The notes: generated by a model from the sequence alone, not told the origin. 63,706 bases of DNA, filler included, from Octopus bimaculoides (GCF_001194135.2; 5 parts of 5 records of this genome joined end to end with filler, not necessarily neighbours in it); one strand, 5' to 3'; counted from the whole stretch's first letter, positions 25,860 through 40,543 are shown. Translations and numbers: made by a program.

Positions 25860-26150
25860 TGGACTTTCCCATCGAAGATGACAAATGAGCATTCAACTTT
25901 TGCCAAACTTCCTGCACAAATGATTTGTTTATAGTGATCACATGTATGCGCTGTATATTAGCTTGCTCCCTCCATCAAATCGACATTACCTGAACAGGTG
26001 CACTGTGTGCCACGTGTCAGGTGTTGAAGTGATCACAGAGCAATGTGAGATGAAGTGTTTTGCTTAAGAACACAATGCACCACCAGGTCTAGGAATTAAA
26101 ATCATGATCGCTAGACCATGCATGCAACACCCTAACCACTAACCCATGCA
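25860..26150 (-). mobile_element. Diverged SINE (tRNA-like head at the right end)
   Basis: caacaccctaaccactaacc is the reverse complement of ggttagtggttagggtgttg; body GC-richer than flanks. Confidence 0.5.
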
Positions 26151-26154
26151 TTCT

Positions 26155-26191
<37 letters not shown>

Positions 26192-26374
26192 ACAGGTGTG
26201 GTCATGTAGTTATGAAGCTTGCATTCCAGCAGTGTCCATGCAGTGAAAATGCACCCAACACCAAATGGTTCTAAAGTAAATTTCTTAATAATACAAGCAT
26301 TTAAATTTTGTTTGAGAATATTTGTGGGTGTATGCATGTGTGTGGACTTGTATGTATGTGTATGGAGTTGTATG

Positions 26375-26427
<53 letters not shown>

Positions 26428-28200
26428 CGGTGAGTTTCTGTTATTTTTTAAACTAAAGTTATTTTCATCTTTCGAAAGTAGTGAAATAAATAACGATCAA
26501 TTGTCAGCATTGATTAAATCATCACAAATTAGTGACTGAGTCCGTGCTACAAATCATTATTATCATTGCCAGCATCATCATAACCCCAACACTATTATCA
26601 CCACTGCCACCCATAACACCAGCATCCTGCACAACTGTTCACCCACCAAATCATCTTTACCACACAGTGAATTAGAAGTCTCAAACATTACAAACATAGC
26701 TTAGAAGTTCAACTGATTTGTAAGTAAATTATTAGTGTTGAAAGGGCAAATGAAAAATAAAATTAGCAGTAGGTGGAAATATCATTTTCAAGTTATACAT
26801 GTACTGTTATTTTCAGGTTATATTTAGATTGTATGTTGAAAGTCAGAAATGTGACTTATATGCTTATGGATTTTTATTAGTCCAATTACATTTCTTTAAT
26901 AAAGTGGTATGTTGTAAATGTATAAACCGGAATGTACAACAAACACCTAAATACTGTGGGATGGTAATAGTAAAGATGAGATGGAGAACTATAATACTAT
27001 TCACAGGAAAACATGATAATCAAACCATTTTTGGCATCTGTTGAACAGACTATTATAGTTGTGAAACAGTTTAGTTTGGTAAAAGTGAAGTTTTACAAAA
27101 AAATATGCCTAATGTTAATTTAAGAAACATTAATCGGAAACATACCACAGGAGCATTTATCTTCAGGATTAATTCTTTTACTCAAAATACACTAGAAATT
27201 TCTTTACTTTGCACCTGCATGTATGTGGTAGGTACGGAGAATCCGAAATGGTGTAGGTTTACAAGAATTTCAATGAATATTCTATTATTAGTCAATAATT
27301 AGAAAATCAGTGGCATAAAGTTATTCAGAATGATGTTTGGCTGCTTTATGTTTGTTAGTTTTGTTCATTGTGGAGTAAAAAAAATTTTAAAACTAAACTG
27401 TAACCAAAACTAGTCTAAAAAGGAATTCTGGCAAAAGATCTAAATATTTTAAATATGTCACTTCTTGCTACACTGCCAAGTAATTAGACTTTAGTTTTCT
27501 GGATTTTGCTATTTAAAAAGGAATTCTATTTGTGTCTGTTGCAATCTTGTGGCAGTCAATTACTCTTGCAAAATCTTGAAAAACTGAGTTTTATGGACGA
27601 AGTTATACTCACCTCCTAATCTCTTTTTCACTTTTCTTTTCTTTCTTCCTTTCTTACCTGCCTGCCTACCCACCCACCCATCCATATATATATATATGTA
27701 TATATTAACATATAATTATCCGTCTATCTATTCATTCTTCCAACTGTCTGCCTGTTTCCATACATACATATCTACCTTGTTACAACATCACACTTTGTTC
27801 ACAATGTCCATGACACACAGTGTATTGGACATCTAAACCTGGTGGAATCTATCCCACTTCTGAGCTAACCACAACTAATTTTGAAGAGACATATACATAC
27901 ACACATGTGCATGCACATGCACACACATGCACACACATGCACACACATACATACATATGCATATATGCATACATACATACATACATACATATATACATAC
28001 ACATGCATATATGCATACACATATACATGCATATATACACACACGTATATACATATATATATATAGTTTTAGGGAAAAGAACCAAGGTTCATGAACTCAT
28101 CCATTTATACTGTGAAACTTAATTTAAATTTAATTTTTAATAAATTGAATTTAATTGAGTTTTTACCTGTAAATTTGGATTTTATCCCTAATATTATTAT

Positions 28201-28243
<43 letters not shown>

Positions 28244-28245
<2 letters not shown>

Positions 28246-30379
28246 GAGCTGGGCATAAGTCCGTTAATTCATTAATTAATGAAGTTAACATTTTCGTTAT
28301 CGATTTAACTTCCATTACATTTAGATTCTGTTGACTCGAGTCTGTTAACACAAAAATTTCATGAAAACCGATAAACTTTTAAAAGTTTCTATTGTTTTCA
28401 GATTGCCTTAGCATATTTAATATTGTACATGTCATTCTTTCAATCCCGATATAACACCTCTTATTATTATAAATGATTTGCAGAACTGCATTTGGTCCTG
28501 CCTGGATCTAAAACCAAATCCACCCACATGTTGCTTGCAAAGACAGTGGGGGGAAATTTCTAATGTTCTGTCAAGAGGGAACAGGGATTAATGGATGTCA
28601 GAGAAAATATTGACTTCCATAAAATGGAACAAATAAATGGAAGTAAAAACAGTTGGTAAATATTTTAGTGTAAATACAAATAGCTGTTACATGGTAGCAG
28701 GGTATGCTAGAAATAGCAGCCAAATCTTTCCTTTTCTGGAAAAAGGAGCTGTTTATGCGTGATTTCGATGTCACATTCGTTGAAAGCATGCAAAATAACC
28801 TGGAAAAGAAAAAAGACCTGCGAAACAAAACTCCCTTGGTGGGAAACTTCGAGGTCCTCACCACCTGTCCCACCTTTCTTTTCCGGAAAAAAGTGGCTTG
28901 TAGCAGGTTTGGAGGTCAGATATGTTGAACACACCAGAAAAAAACTGTGGAAAGAAATTATTCCACACTGAGGTATGTAATATTTACTGAAGGAAAATCT
29001 TGTACTGAATAAACCTGTATTTTAATTATTTCAAATTCATGTACCTCTTCTTGAAAAGTGGCATAATTTTTGTTGGTTGCCATCTGGGATAATTTATTAA
29101 CAGATCAAACAGGTAAGAAGCATTAAGAATTTCAATTTTAATGTTTATCCATAAAGTTATTGCTTGTACACCTATTAATTCATTTTACCTACCCATAAAA
29201 GTCAAATTTACTCAGCAAGATCACCTAAAATTACATAACTATACACCAGCGATATATAAAGCACCCACTGACAAAATTTCAAATCTGTATGTAAAAAATT
29301 TACAAAGTTACAAGCAAATACTGTGGACATTCTTCTTGAAACTAAAAAGTTCAAAATAATGTGAACAAACACTAAAGATGATTTTAGGTGTTTTTTTTTT
29401 TTTCTTACACACACATAACACAGTTTTGCTCAGTTGGGACTACATGTGTGTTACTTTGACATCATCATTCCATAAAATTTGTTTATGGGGAGAAAAATAG
29501 TGAAACATATTAATAGATGTGTGAGTGAGAAAGAAACGGAGAGGGAGGTTTAGGGATGTGCTAGAAACAACAGCCAGATCTCCCTTAAATCATAGTTTCC
29601 TCTGAAATTATTAATAATTTTTTTAAAACCGNNNNNNNNNNNNNNNNNNNNNNNNNNNNNNNNNNNNNNNNNNNNNNNNNNNNNNNNNNNNNNNNNNNNN
29701 NNNNNNNNNNNNNNNNNNNNNNNNNNNNNNNNNNNNNNNNNNNNNNNNNNNNNNNNNNNNNNNNNNNNNNNNNNNNNNNNNNNNNNNNNNNNNNNNNNNN
29801 NNNNNNNNNNNTTTTTCCGTGAAAAGATGCCTCCCATCTTTTGGTGGAAAACAATGGAAAAAATCCCCGTCAAAATGGAGAAATTCCAACTTATGTGGGT
29901 CATCTGATCCAAAACTTCGTTTTCCAGAAACTCCTCCCCACCCGCCCCCTTCCAAAAATTTTTCCAACAAATTTCTTTGTAATCTACACCGTTTGAAAGG
30001 TATTTGTATAAAATTTCATTAAAAAATACCTATTTTCCAGAAAGTTATGAAGAGGAGAATGTCGGGTCCTGTGAATTTTCCGAAACTCCTCTCTCCAACC
30101 CTTCGGAAATTTTTTTCCAGCAAATCTTTACATACACCCAATCTACAGGATATAAATGATTATTTGGCGAAAGTTTCAATAAAAAGTATAAATTTTTCTG
30201 GAAGTTATGAAGAAACTAAGTTTCTGGGGTATTAAACTGTAGATGTGCCTTTTTCAATAAAAGTTAGCATTAACTTCCATTACATTTTCAAAGAATTAAC
30301 GGATTACTGAAGTTAACTTTTTGGTTAACAGATTGATGATTAACGGAGTTAACTTTTTGATTAATGCTGCCCACCTCTG
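28244..30379 (+). mobile_element. ~2.1-kb decayed hAT-like DNA transposon inserted in (TA)n
   Basis: Termini CAGAGCTGGGCA and TGCCCACCTCTG (11/12 inverted match); subterminal GTTAAC/TTAACG repeats at both ends; flanks tatatgta and tatatata; remnant ETPLSNPSEIFSSKSLHTP near 30075 weakly resembles the hAT dimerisation motif. Confidence 0.6.
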
Positions 30380-31200
30380 TATATATATATATATATATAT
30401 ACTACATTTACACACACACACACATTCTTCTGCACTCCCTTTCTCTTTCTTGCTTTCTACTTTCAACATATCTTTCCCCCACTCTCTGTCTCTACTGCAT
30501 CATTCTCTCTTACTCTCTTTCACTCTCTATATTTCTAATTTATTTATCTATAATTCTTTTATCCTTTAATCCTTCTTTCCCAAATGCAATTTTCTAGAGC
30601 AAGGTAACTTAACTGAAATTTACCATAAAACCACAGAGTCAGATTCTGAAATTAAACATTTTATTTCAGTCTTGTAAATCTTATTATACTTATAGATGGA
30701 GCTTCTGTGTAGTTGTTCGGCCTGTTAAAAATAGGAGTCAAACCAGCCACATTAAAAAATGTAATCCAAGATAACTTTAAACAGACAAGATGGACACAAT
30801 TGGATTGCTTTTAATTGTTACCTGTCTTGGGCTAAATCAACAACAATGTCAAATGTTTTGGTGCATGACTTTTGGCCCATGCTCTATACTGAGTACTAAA
30901 TGCTAAATACGAAAGTGGTCCACTTTAAATGAAACAATTTGAATAATATATACACACACATATTTATATAAACATATATATATATAAACATATATATATA
31001 AACATATATNNNNNNNNNNNNNNNNNNNNNNNNNNNNNNNNNNNNNNNNNNNNTTAATTAATTAANNNNNNNNNNNNNNNNNNNNNNNNNNNNNNNNNNN
31101 NNNNNNNNNTAAGTAAATTTCCAAGATGTATTACTCTCCATTCTTCCGTTTATATATTTGTTTTGTAAGATTCCTGATGTGAAATTGTGTATTGAAACAG

Positions 31201-31546
31201 ATATTGTTTTCTTTGGTGATGGTCATATTTTTGCCAATTAATCAGACGCACTCTATACTTGGTCTTCACTTCAGCTTTATCATTATTATTATTCTTATTT
31301 TAGTGTCCTTTGTCTGAAATCGTTCGTCACAAATCCTGTGACCTCAGAAAGGCAAAATTCACTTAACAGAACAGGAGACACGTGGGATGGAGGGTCGATG
31401 AAGAAGTCACAGAGTATGTGATGAAAGATTTCAGAAAAAGAACACTAAAATAAGAATAATAATAAAACTGGAGTGAATAGCAAGTATATAGTGTGTGTGG
31501 GCAATTGGCAAAAAAAAATATGACCATCACCTAATGTAACAGTATC
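31201..31546. mobile_element. Inverted pair of Penelope-like pseudo-LTR fragments
   Basis: 31201-31345 and 31395-31546 are diverged reverse complements; both resemble 15626-15790 including a decayed gtcac..gtgac/gaaa core. Confidence 0.55.
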
Positions 31547-31694
31547 TTCATTCTTCATTTTGTCTTTATAATATATTTGGAATCCTTCGAGGCGAAATCA
31601 GGATTTCCTAACATTCGATGTGGTTAGCCTCGTCTGGATTTTAGCAAATTGCTCGTAAGTTATCTGCCTGAATTTAAACTCCTTATTCCTTCGT

Positions 31695-32248
<554 letters not shown>

Positions 32249-33142
32249 AAATGGATGATAGAACAGAGGGAAGATAAAAGCAGACAAGCAGACGAGCAGA
32301 CAAGGACTCAATTAGCAGAGTAAAGGGATTGCAAGACGACGTAAGGGAAGCAATAGGAAACGATTGACAGGAGAGACCCTTGACCTGGAGGTGACCAGCT
32401 CATTAATGACATCGATTGAATTAACTTTGATTACATTCGATCATCATGGTTTCTCGGATCACAATACCATATTGTATATAGCAGTTTGTTTGCGTTTTGT
32501 GTTGTTGTGTGTGTGTGTTTTATTAAATGGTATCTGAATGTGAATGTATGTTGGTGCGTATCGAATGGTCATGGAATTCGATTTGCAATTATTAGATAGT
32601 CGCTGGTTCAATCAATGGCGGCAACTTGGCTCTTGATCAAATGGTTTCTGTAACAGCTTCTTGGTTTTGGATTCTTGAAAACTTCTGTGGACGTCCGTTG
32701 GATTGGCTCTGACTATATATTTCAAATAACCAGCCTTGCCACGAACGAAAAGCGAGGCCACAACGGGAACGCTCGATCTGCTAGAAATAGCAACCACTCT
32801 CCTTCCAATCACATCATATTATAAACAGAGGCGGAACTCATTGCATAATGTAGTCCGAGAATATAGTATGACCCAGTTGCTTTGGGTAGTTTGGCAATGA
32901 TGATGATGCTGGGGGTGGCAGTGTGAGAGACAGGTTGCTGGATACTCCCTCTCTCAATCAAATCACAAAACTTTCCGGCTATCACCAGCATGTCTTCCAC
33001 TCAGTCATCTGGTCTGACATCTGATATAGTTCATTCCCTTCAGCTTCCAGTTTGGAGTCAGAAACTAATTCAGTATAAGCATATTTTTTTTTTATAAATG
33101 ATTTAGTTAATAAATTCGTTTTCTTTAAAAAAATGACTGTTG

Positions 33143-33565
<423 letters not shown>

Positions 33566-34119
33566 GTTGTTTTGTTTCTTCTATCTTCAAATTTTCTTCC
33601 ATTTCTTGCCGAGTGTTTTCCGTACAACTAGGGCAGAGAAGCTCATTGTATGCATTCCCAGGTTACACACGCAAATTCACAGGTTTAATATGTATTTGAA
33701 AAAAAAGAATAATAAATAAATAAATTCATGAATGGATGTTGTTTTCACAGCGATAATGCTCTTCTCAGTACATGAGTCGTTCCAGTTAGCACGATTTTTT
33801 GCACTTCCTGTAGGGATGGTAAGCCTGGTATCATTTTCAAATAGGTTTCAGTACCTTTTTTTTTTTATCATTCCTAGAGATCCTACAATCACTGGTACGG
33901 TAGTCGCCTTGAAGTGCCACATTTTTTCAATTTCTATTAGTAAGTCTTTATATTAACTGATCTTGTCAAATTCTTTCGCCGCTATATTATGATCGCAAGG
34001 AATACTCATGTCAATTAATAAACACGTCTTCTATGTCTGATCTTTTACAATAATAATCCGGTTTATTAGGTTTTAAAGTTTTGTCGGTATGTACGGGGAA
34101 GTCCCAGGGAATCGATACA

Positions 34120-34196
<77 letters not shown>

Positions 34197-34202
34197 TTAT
34201 TA

Positions 34203-34268
34203 AGGCGGCGAGGTGGCAGAATCGCTAGTACATCGGGCGAAAGGCTTAGCGGTATTTCGTCTGTCGCA
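34203..34268 (+). mobile_element. SINE family B, 5' fragment after (ATT)n
   Basis: ggcggcgaggtggcagaatcgctagtacatcgggcgaaaggcttagcggtatttcgtctg. Confidence 0.75.
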
Positions 34269-34393
34269 ACACAAGATGTCGAAATATCGTTCACTAGATA
34301 ACAATGGCACTCTTCTTTTAATTTTGACTCCATATCTTCAGGAGGAGTTACCTCAATCCTTTCTATATTATTATTATTATTATTATTATTATA

Positions 34394-34453
<60 letters not shown>

Positions 34454-34456
34454 GTT

Positions 34457-34817
34457 CATTAGTTTTATTTTTATAACGTGCTTTCACTTCACTACCGAGC
34501 NNNNNNNNNNTCCTGGTGTTTTTGTTATGTATTTGTCTGAATATTTTTTTTATTATACCTAAGGCACCTACTATGATAGGAATTATTTTAGATTCCACAT
34601 TCGAGTTATCTCTATTTCCAGGTCTTTGTATTTTGAAAGTTTTTCCATTTCTTTTAGAGAAACATTGTCATCTGCTGGTATTGATACATCAATTAGAAAA
34701 CATTTTTTTTCTTCGTGATCTTTGACAACTATATCTGGTCTATTTGCCTTAATTTCTCTATCTGTGTGTATTGGCATATCCCAGAGTATGGTTGCTTTCT
34801 CGTTTTCTGTGACCTTT
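34457..34817 (-). mobile_element. 5'-truncated RLE-type non-LTR retrotransposon (R4/Dong-like), endonuclease + 3' UTR
   Basis: HTPEKVTENEKATILWDMPIHTDREIKANRPDIVVKD...LIDVSIP...EKLSKYKDL...RMWNLK and IPIIVGALG give a PD-(D/E)xK restriction-like endonuclease; (AAT)n on both sides on the element strand. Confidence 0.85.
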
Positions 34818-35175
34818 TCTGGCGTGTGTTTATACCTTATTATTATTATTATTATTATCATTATTATTATTATTATTATTATCATTATTCCCATACACGA
34901 TAGCAATATGTAAATGAATTTATCCAATCAACTATGTATAATATAATAAATATAAATTTTGCCAAAAAGAGAAACAACGACAACGACCCTTTGCAAAACG
35001 TTCTAAAGAAAAAGAGCAATTCTGCTTCCACCTCTCTCTCTCCCTCTTCTCTTCCATCTGAGAAGAAAAAGTAAGACAACAAAATGAAAAATAATCACCA
35101 TCCATACTCAATCGGTGTACGCGCAAATGACGGCATATTGATTGAATGCATGACATGTGCATGTATACGCCTACA

Positions 35176-35241
<66 letters not shown>

Positions 35242-35406
35242 ATATATATATCGTCAGTAAATCATAAATCCGAAAGAGAAGCACATTTTAAGTTATAGAG
35301 CAGTAAAGTAATTAGATAAAGATAGTCATGGATGGCCTGTGCATGGGATTAGCAGGCATAAAACGCTTAGCTTTACAGCGTCTCTTAAGACCTTAATGGT
35401 TGGTGA

Positions 35407-35443
<37 letters not shown>

Positions 35444-35453
35444 NNNNNNNNNN

Positions 35454-35492
<39 letters not shown>

Positions 35493-36416
35493 GCATCACA
35501 TACTACACACACACACACAAACACACACACACATATAAATAAATATGTATGTATGTATGTAAATATATGTAAACCTACGTACGAACAAATAATTCATGCA
35601 TGTGTTTATCCTAATTTTCACCCTGCATATGCTCTGTATATCATAAGTAGTAACATTAACTAAGTACAGTGGTGAACTAACCCCTACACTGGAAACTGGT
35701 TGTATAATGACAATCTACAAGGAGCTCTAGCTCGTACCAAAGCAGCTGTACATCTAATTCCACACACATACACACGCACGTACATACACGCCGCGTACGC
35801 ATACACACATAGATATGAATTCTGTTGCTCCTTGTGCCATTTTTTAATAAACAACTGACATTTCTTTACATATACTAAGATCAAAAGATAGCTGGGCATT
35901 TTGGACAGTCTCCCAAATAGTGCTCTTTTCTTTCCTTTGCTTAAACATTCACCCTACGTACGCACGCGCAAACACACGCACACACTCAAAACAAGCAGAT
36001 AGTAGGACACAGAACATGGCACTCCCAAACATACTTTATCCAAACCCCTAGAGTTATGCAAGCAGATTTACTTGAATTCATGACATTTTTCAACAAAAAA
36101 ACTGACATACCTCATATACATATATAGAGCAAAAGACTCACCATGCCCAGCATCTCTGATAATTTCCTTTAAATAGAAAAAAACTCCTTAAAAGTAGTTA
36201 CACTGCAATAAAATTTTTAGGGGAAAATAAGAAAAACGGCCTTAAAAACATTTATTTGCAGTTTGAAAGAGACTATAATTATGCTACGTCAAGATTATTC
36301 TATTATTTTTGGGTAAGATCAAAGAAAATCTATCTTAATATTTACAGTTTTAAAATGGGTGTATTTCAGAGGAACTTTATACCATACATACATACATACA
36401 TACATACATACATACA

Positions 36417-37927
36417 TGGTCAGGATAAATGTTGTTATATGGTTGTGAAAAAAGGGAAAACTATAAACCAGTTTAGTAACATCTCCGTTAATGATTTGAC
36501 TGTTTCCTCTGTATCTGACGAGGAATGTTACAAGTAACTAGGGGTGGATGAAAATATATTTTACAGTGACACCTGTAACAAGAAAATTTGGACCTCAGAA
36601 CTCTCTGCATTCAATAAACCAGTGGCCCACGATATGTTTGCAGTGGCAGTATTCATATCAACATTTGGGCTGCTTGATTGGACGCTTGATGAGATCCAAG
36701 CCATTGATGTGAAAACCCGAAAAATACTAACAAGCATATATAATTTCCACATAAACAGTGATGTCGGCCACCCCTGCCTTAAACGAAAATAAGGCGGAAG
36801 AGGCTTAACATTGATCCAAAATGCCTTTGAATGTCGCATCATATCCCTTCGGCAACATCTTTTAACCACCAAGTGTCGAAGTGCATTCCTTGACCAAGTT
36901 TGCATACATGATGCTGATAATATTATAAGACTTGGAAGGCAGCTCCTTGAGCAACACTCTTTGTCTGATAACATAGAATACATGCCCGCAACGTATCATC
37001 AGATGAAAGGATGAGCCTATATGAGCAGAAGACTATGCATGGATATGTTAGTAGAAAGCACCATGATGATAGTAAATTCGATTCTCAAAGCAGTTTATCA
37101 TGGACCAATAGCCGGATCACTACCTCCTACTTTGAAGAGTTTGCGTTTGCAATCCAGGAACAGGAAATATCAACCAAGTACCTGATGTATAAAAGGAATA
37201 AAGATGCAGGTAAAGCCGTAAAGTGTGACAACCGATGCAGACTTTGTGGAGTTCACACTGAAGATACCACCCACATCATAAGCAGTTGTCCTAAAATGTC
37301 ATCACGGTATCTACCGATGAGACATGACGTTGTAGCTAGGACACTCTATAATGAAATCCGTCGGAAGGATAATCTCGAGGACAAAGAAATAAAACCCCAC
37401 AATATGGTAGAAGACATAGCCACTCATAATCAAATGGATTACTGGTGGAATGTTCCAATGAAGACCCCAATAAGATGTAAGTACAGCAGACCTGATATAA
37501 TGATTTGGGATAGAGAAGAGAAACTGTGCACAGTTGTGGAAGTTAGCTGCTCAGCGGATGTTAACATAAAGTTGAAGATAAGTGAAAAAGAGAACACATA
37601 TGATGAACTATTGAGAAATCAGAAGTTACTCTCTCCAGATTACAAGTTCAGTAATCTGAACTTGTAATTACAGGTAATTACAAGTAATTACCTGTAATTA
37701 CTGAGGCCCTGAGATATGTAACACACTGCCTAAATACCAATCTTGAGAAATTAGCTTCCCAAAACCAGAAAGGAGAAAGCTAATTCGAAGACTACTGGTC
37801 CAATCCATTACTGGAACTGTAAAAATCTGTAAAACTTTCCAGAATATTATCACTTGAATATATATGAGTATGTCTAGATAAGCAACTATATGCATGAGAA
37901 TACATACATAAAACATACAAATCTGCT
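36417..37927 (+). mobile_element. 5'-truncated RLE-type non-LTR retrotransposon (R4-like): RT C-terminus, CCHC knuckle, endonuclease, 3' UTR
   Basis: GQDKC, GGRGL, CRLCGVHTEDTTHIISSCP (CCHC), RHDVVAR, RPDIMIWD..VEVSC..SEKENTY; stops and frameshifts; (CATA)n on both sides. Confidence 0.9.
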
Positions 37928-38159
37928 CATACATACATACATACATACATACATACATACATACATACATACAAACAAAAATACCCTGTTGTTGATGTTG
38001 AAATTCCAATGAAAGAGCCTTGGCTCTAGGTTAGAAATCGGTTCTTTCTCTATCGGCAAGAAATCTTGAAATAAACTGAAGAGTGACATTGTTGTCACTA
38101 AAACAATTCACAATGCCATCTGCAAGAAACACTATCCTGAAATAAACTTAAAAAGTCCC

Positions 38160-38448
38160 TCTGTTATGGAATACATTCAGAAACACCAACTCAAGGAATA
38201 CTGGTGGAATATTCCTATCAAAACTTCTGTCAAATGTAAACATAAAAGGCCGGATATTGTCGTTTGGGACAGAAGGGCAACGGTATGTACCGTCATAGAG
38301 GTCAGCTGCCCTGCAGATATAAATATCTCTTTGAAAATCAAAGGAAAAGAGGATATCTATGGACAACAGCTTCGAAACCTCCAGCTTCTATATCCAGACT
38401 ATGAATTCATATTCATACCAATAGTAACTGGAGCACTAGGTTTCACGG
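38160..38448 (+). mobile_element. RLE endonuclease fragment of a related, more diverged copy
   Basis: YWWNIPIKTSVKCKHKRPDIVVWDRRATVCTVIEVSCPAD...IPIVTGALG. Confidence 0.85.
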
Positions 38449-38935
38449 AGCTTTCTACTAACATATCCATGCATAGTCTTCTGCTCATATAGGCTCATCC
38501 TTTCATCTCATGATATGTTGCGGTAAATTTGTGCGACTTCTTTGGGGATGTATTCTAGGTTATCAGACAAAGAGTGTTGCTCAAGGAGCTGCCTTCCAAA
38601 TCTTATAGTGTTATCAGCATCATGTATGCAAACTTGGTCAAGGGATTCACTTCGACACTTGGTTAAAAGATATTGCCGAAGGGATATACCTGTAATTATT
38701 GGAGTCCTGGGATAAGTAACACACTGCCTAAATAGCAATCTTGAGAAATTAGGCTTCTTAAAACCAGAAGGGAGAAAGCTAATTCAAAGACTACAGATTC
38801 AATCCATCACTGAAACTGTAAAAACCTGTAAAATTTTCCAGACGTTTAGCATTTAAATGCATATGAGCATGTCTAGATATGCAACTTCACGCATGAGAAT
38901 ACATACATAAAGCAAAACATACAAATCTGCACACA
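38449..38935. mobile_element. Rearranged copy of the 36417 family: inverted internal block plus sense 3' end
   Basis: 38449-38688 is the reverse complement of about 36841-37060; 38689-38935 matches 37690-37927; followed by (CATA)n(CA)n. Confidence 0.85.
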
Positions 38936-38953
38936 TACATACATACATACATA

Positions 38954-39064
<111 letters not shown>

Positions 39065-39169
39065 TGATAGAAAGGTAAGACAACAAAAGAAAGAAAGAGA
39101 CCTCGATATTATGTAAATAGAGGAATTTATCTGTAAATAATATGTGACAATTATTCGGTAGCAATGATA

Positions 39170-39365
39170 AAACTGTGTTTGTCCGCCACCATCGCTTGAC
39201 AACCGATGCTGGTGTGTTTACGTCCCCGTAACTTAGCGGTTTGGCAAAGATACCGATAGAATAAGTACTAGGCTTACAAATAAGTTCTGGGGTCGACTTG
39301 CTCGACTAATGGCGGTGCTCTAGCATGGCCACAATCAAATGACTGAAACAAATAAATGAATAAAA
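39170..39365 (+). mobile_element. SINE family A, 3' half
   Basis: Matches 3590-3780. Confidence 0.85.
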
Positions 39366-39488
39366 GAATATGTCTGTATATATATTATATGTGTGTGAGT
39401 GTATGTATATATACACAGACACATATATGTATGTATATATACACATGTATGCATATATACACAGACACAGTTCTGCCAGCTCGCAGAT

Positions 39489-39718
39489 AGGCGAGCTGGC
39501 AGAAACGTTAGCACGCCGGGCGAAATGCTTAGCGGTATTTCGTCTGCCGTTACGTTCTGAGTTCAAATTCCGCCAAGGTCGACTTTGCCTTTTATCCTTT
39601 CGGGGTCGATAAATTAAGTACCAGGTACGCACTGGGATCGATATAATCGGCTTAATCCTTTTTTCTGTCCTTGTTTGTCCCTTCTATGTTTAGCACCTTG
39701 TGGGCAATAAAGAAATAA
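39489..39718 (+). mobile_element. SINE family B
   Basis: ggcgagctggcagaaacgttagcacgccgggcgaaatgcttagcgg...gagttcaaattccgcc. Confidence 0.85.
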
Positions 39719-39729
39719 GACACACACAC

Positions 39730-39760
<31 letters not shown>

Positions 39761-40069
39761 AGTCAGTAAATAGTGGGGTTGTGTTAACCGCACGTGGAGA
39801 AATAATAGGAAAATGAAAAAAAGCCAGAATGCTGAACTGGAAGCATAATTTAATAAAGATTAAAAAACAGTAGAGAAGAGTAAAAAAAAAAGGCAAGTGG
39901 TTTTTTTTACTCTTCTCTACTGTTTTTTATTCTGTGTGTATCAAAAATATCGCTATCAATTTAGAGTAAAATTTGTAGTTTTGGAATCAGTAGTTCTTTG
40001 GCTGCTATTTCTGAATCCTCAGTATGTTGGAGAAGCAGGTTACTGTCAATCCCTATATATTTATGATTA

Positions 40070-40103
<34 letters not shown>

Positions 40104-40149
40104 CATTTATGTGTAATTATAAGATCCCAGGATCTAAGTGTAGGGAATT

Positions 40150-40543
40150 TACAAGCTCGGAGCAGCCCGTGTTAGTTATAAAAAAGCAACGTTCAAGAAT
40201 AATATGACCTCATTAACTTTTTGGAATAAATTCAGGTGTTCTGATGATTTCAGAGCGTTTAGAATGCTTTTTATGCTTTGATACTGGTGATACATTTCCA
40301 TTTTCAGTTTCTAGCTCCTTGCAAACTTTGTAGACGAGAGATCTGGCAACTTTTTAGAATGGAGAAATTTCTAAACCGCTATGCTCAGCCTTTATAACCA
40401 CACAATAACAGCATCCCTCTTCACTTCTTGGAGTAATCTGAGGGCCTGCCATTATTATTTTCTGAAACAAAGGTTATACAGTGTTAGCAAAAAATGCAGT
40501 AATGACCCCCAAAAAGGTATGTCTTCAGATACCTTACGCACCC

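Noticed and set aside
32530-33080. GC-richer coding-like block; similar blocks at 22680-23180, 51140-51600, 54150-54550 and 55400-56100
   Set aside because: Stops in all frames and no motif I can name; probably old transposon debris.
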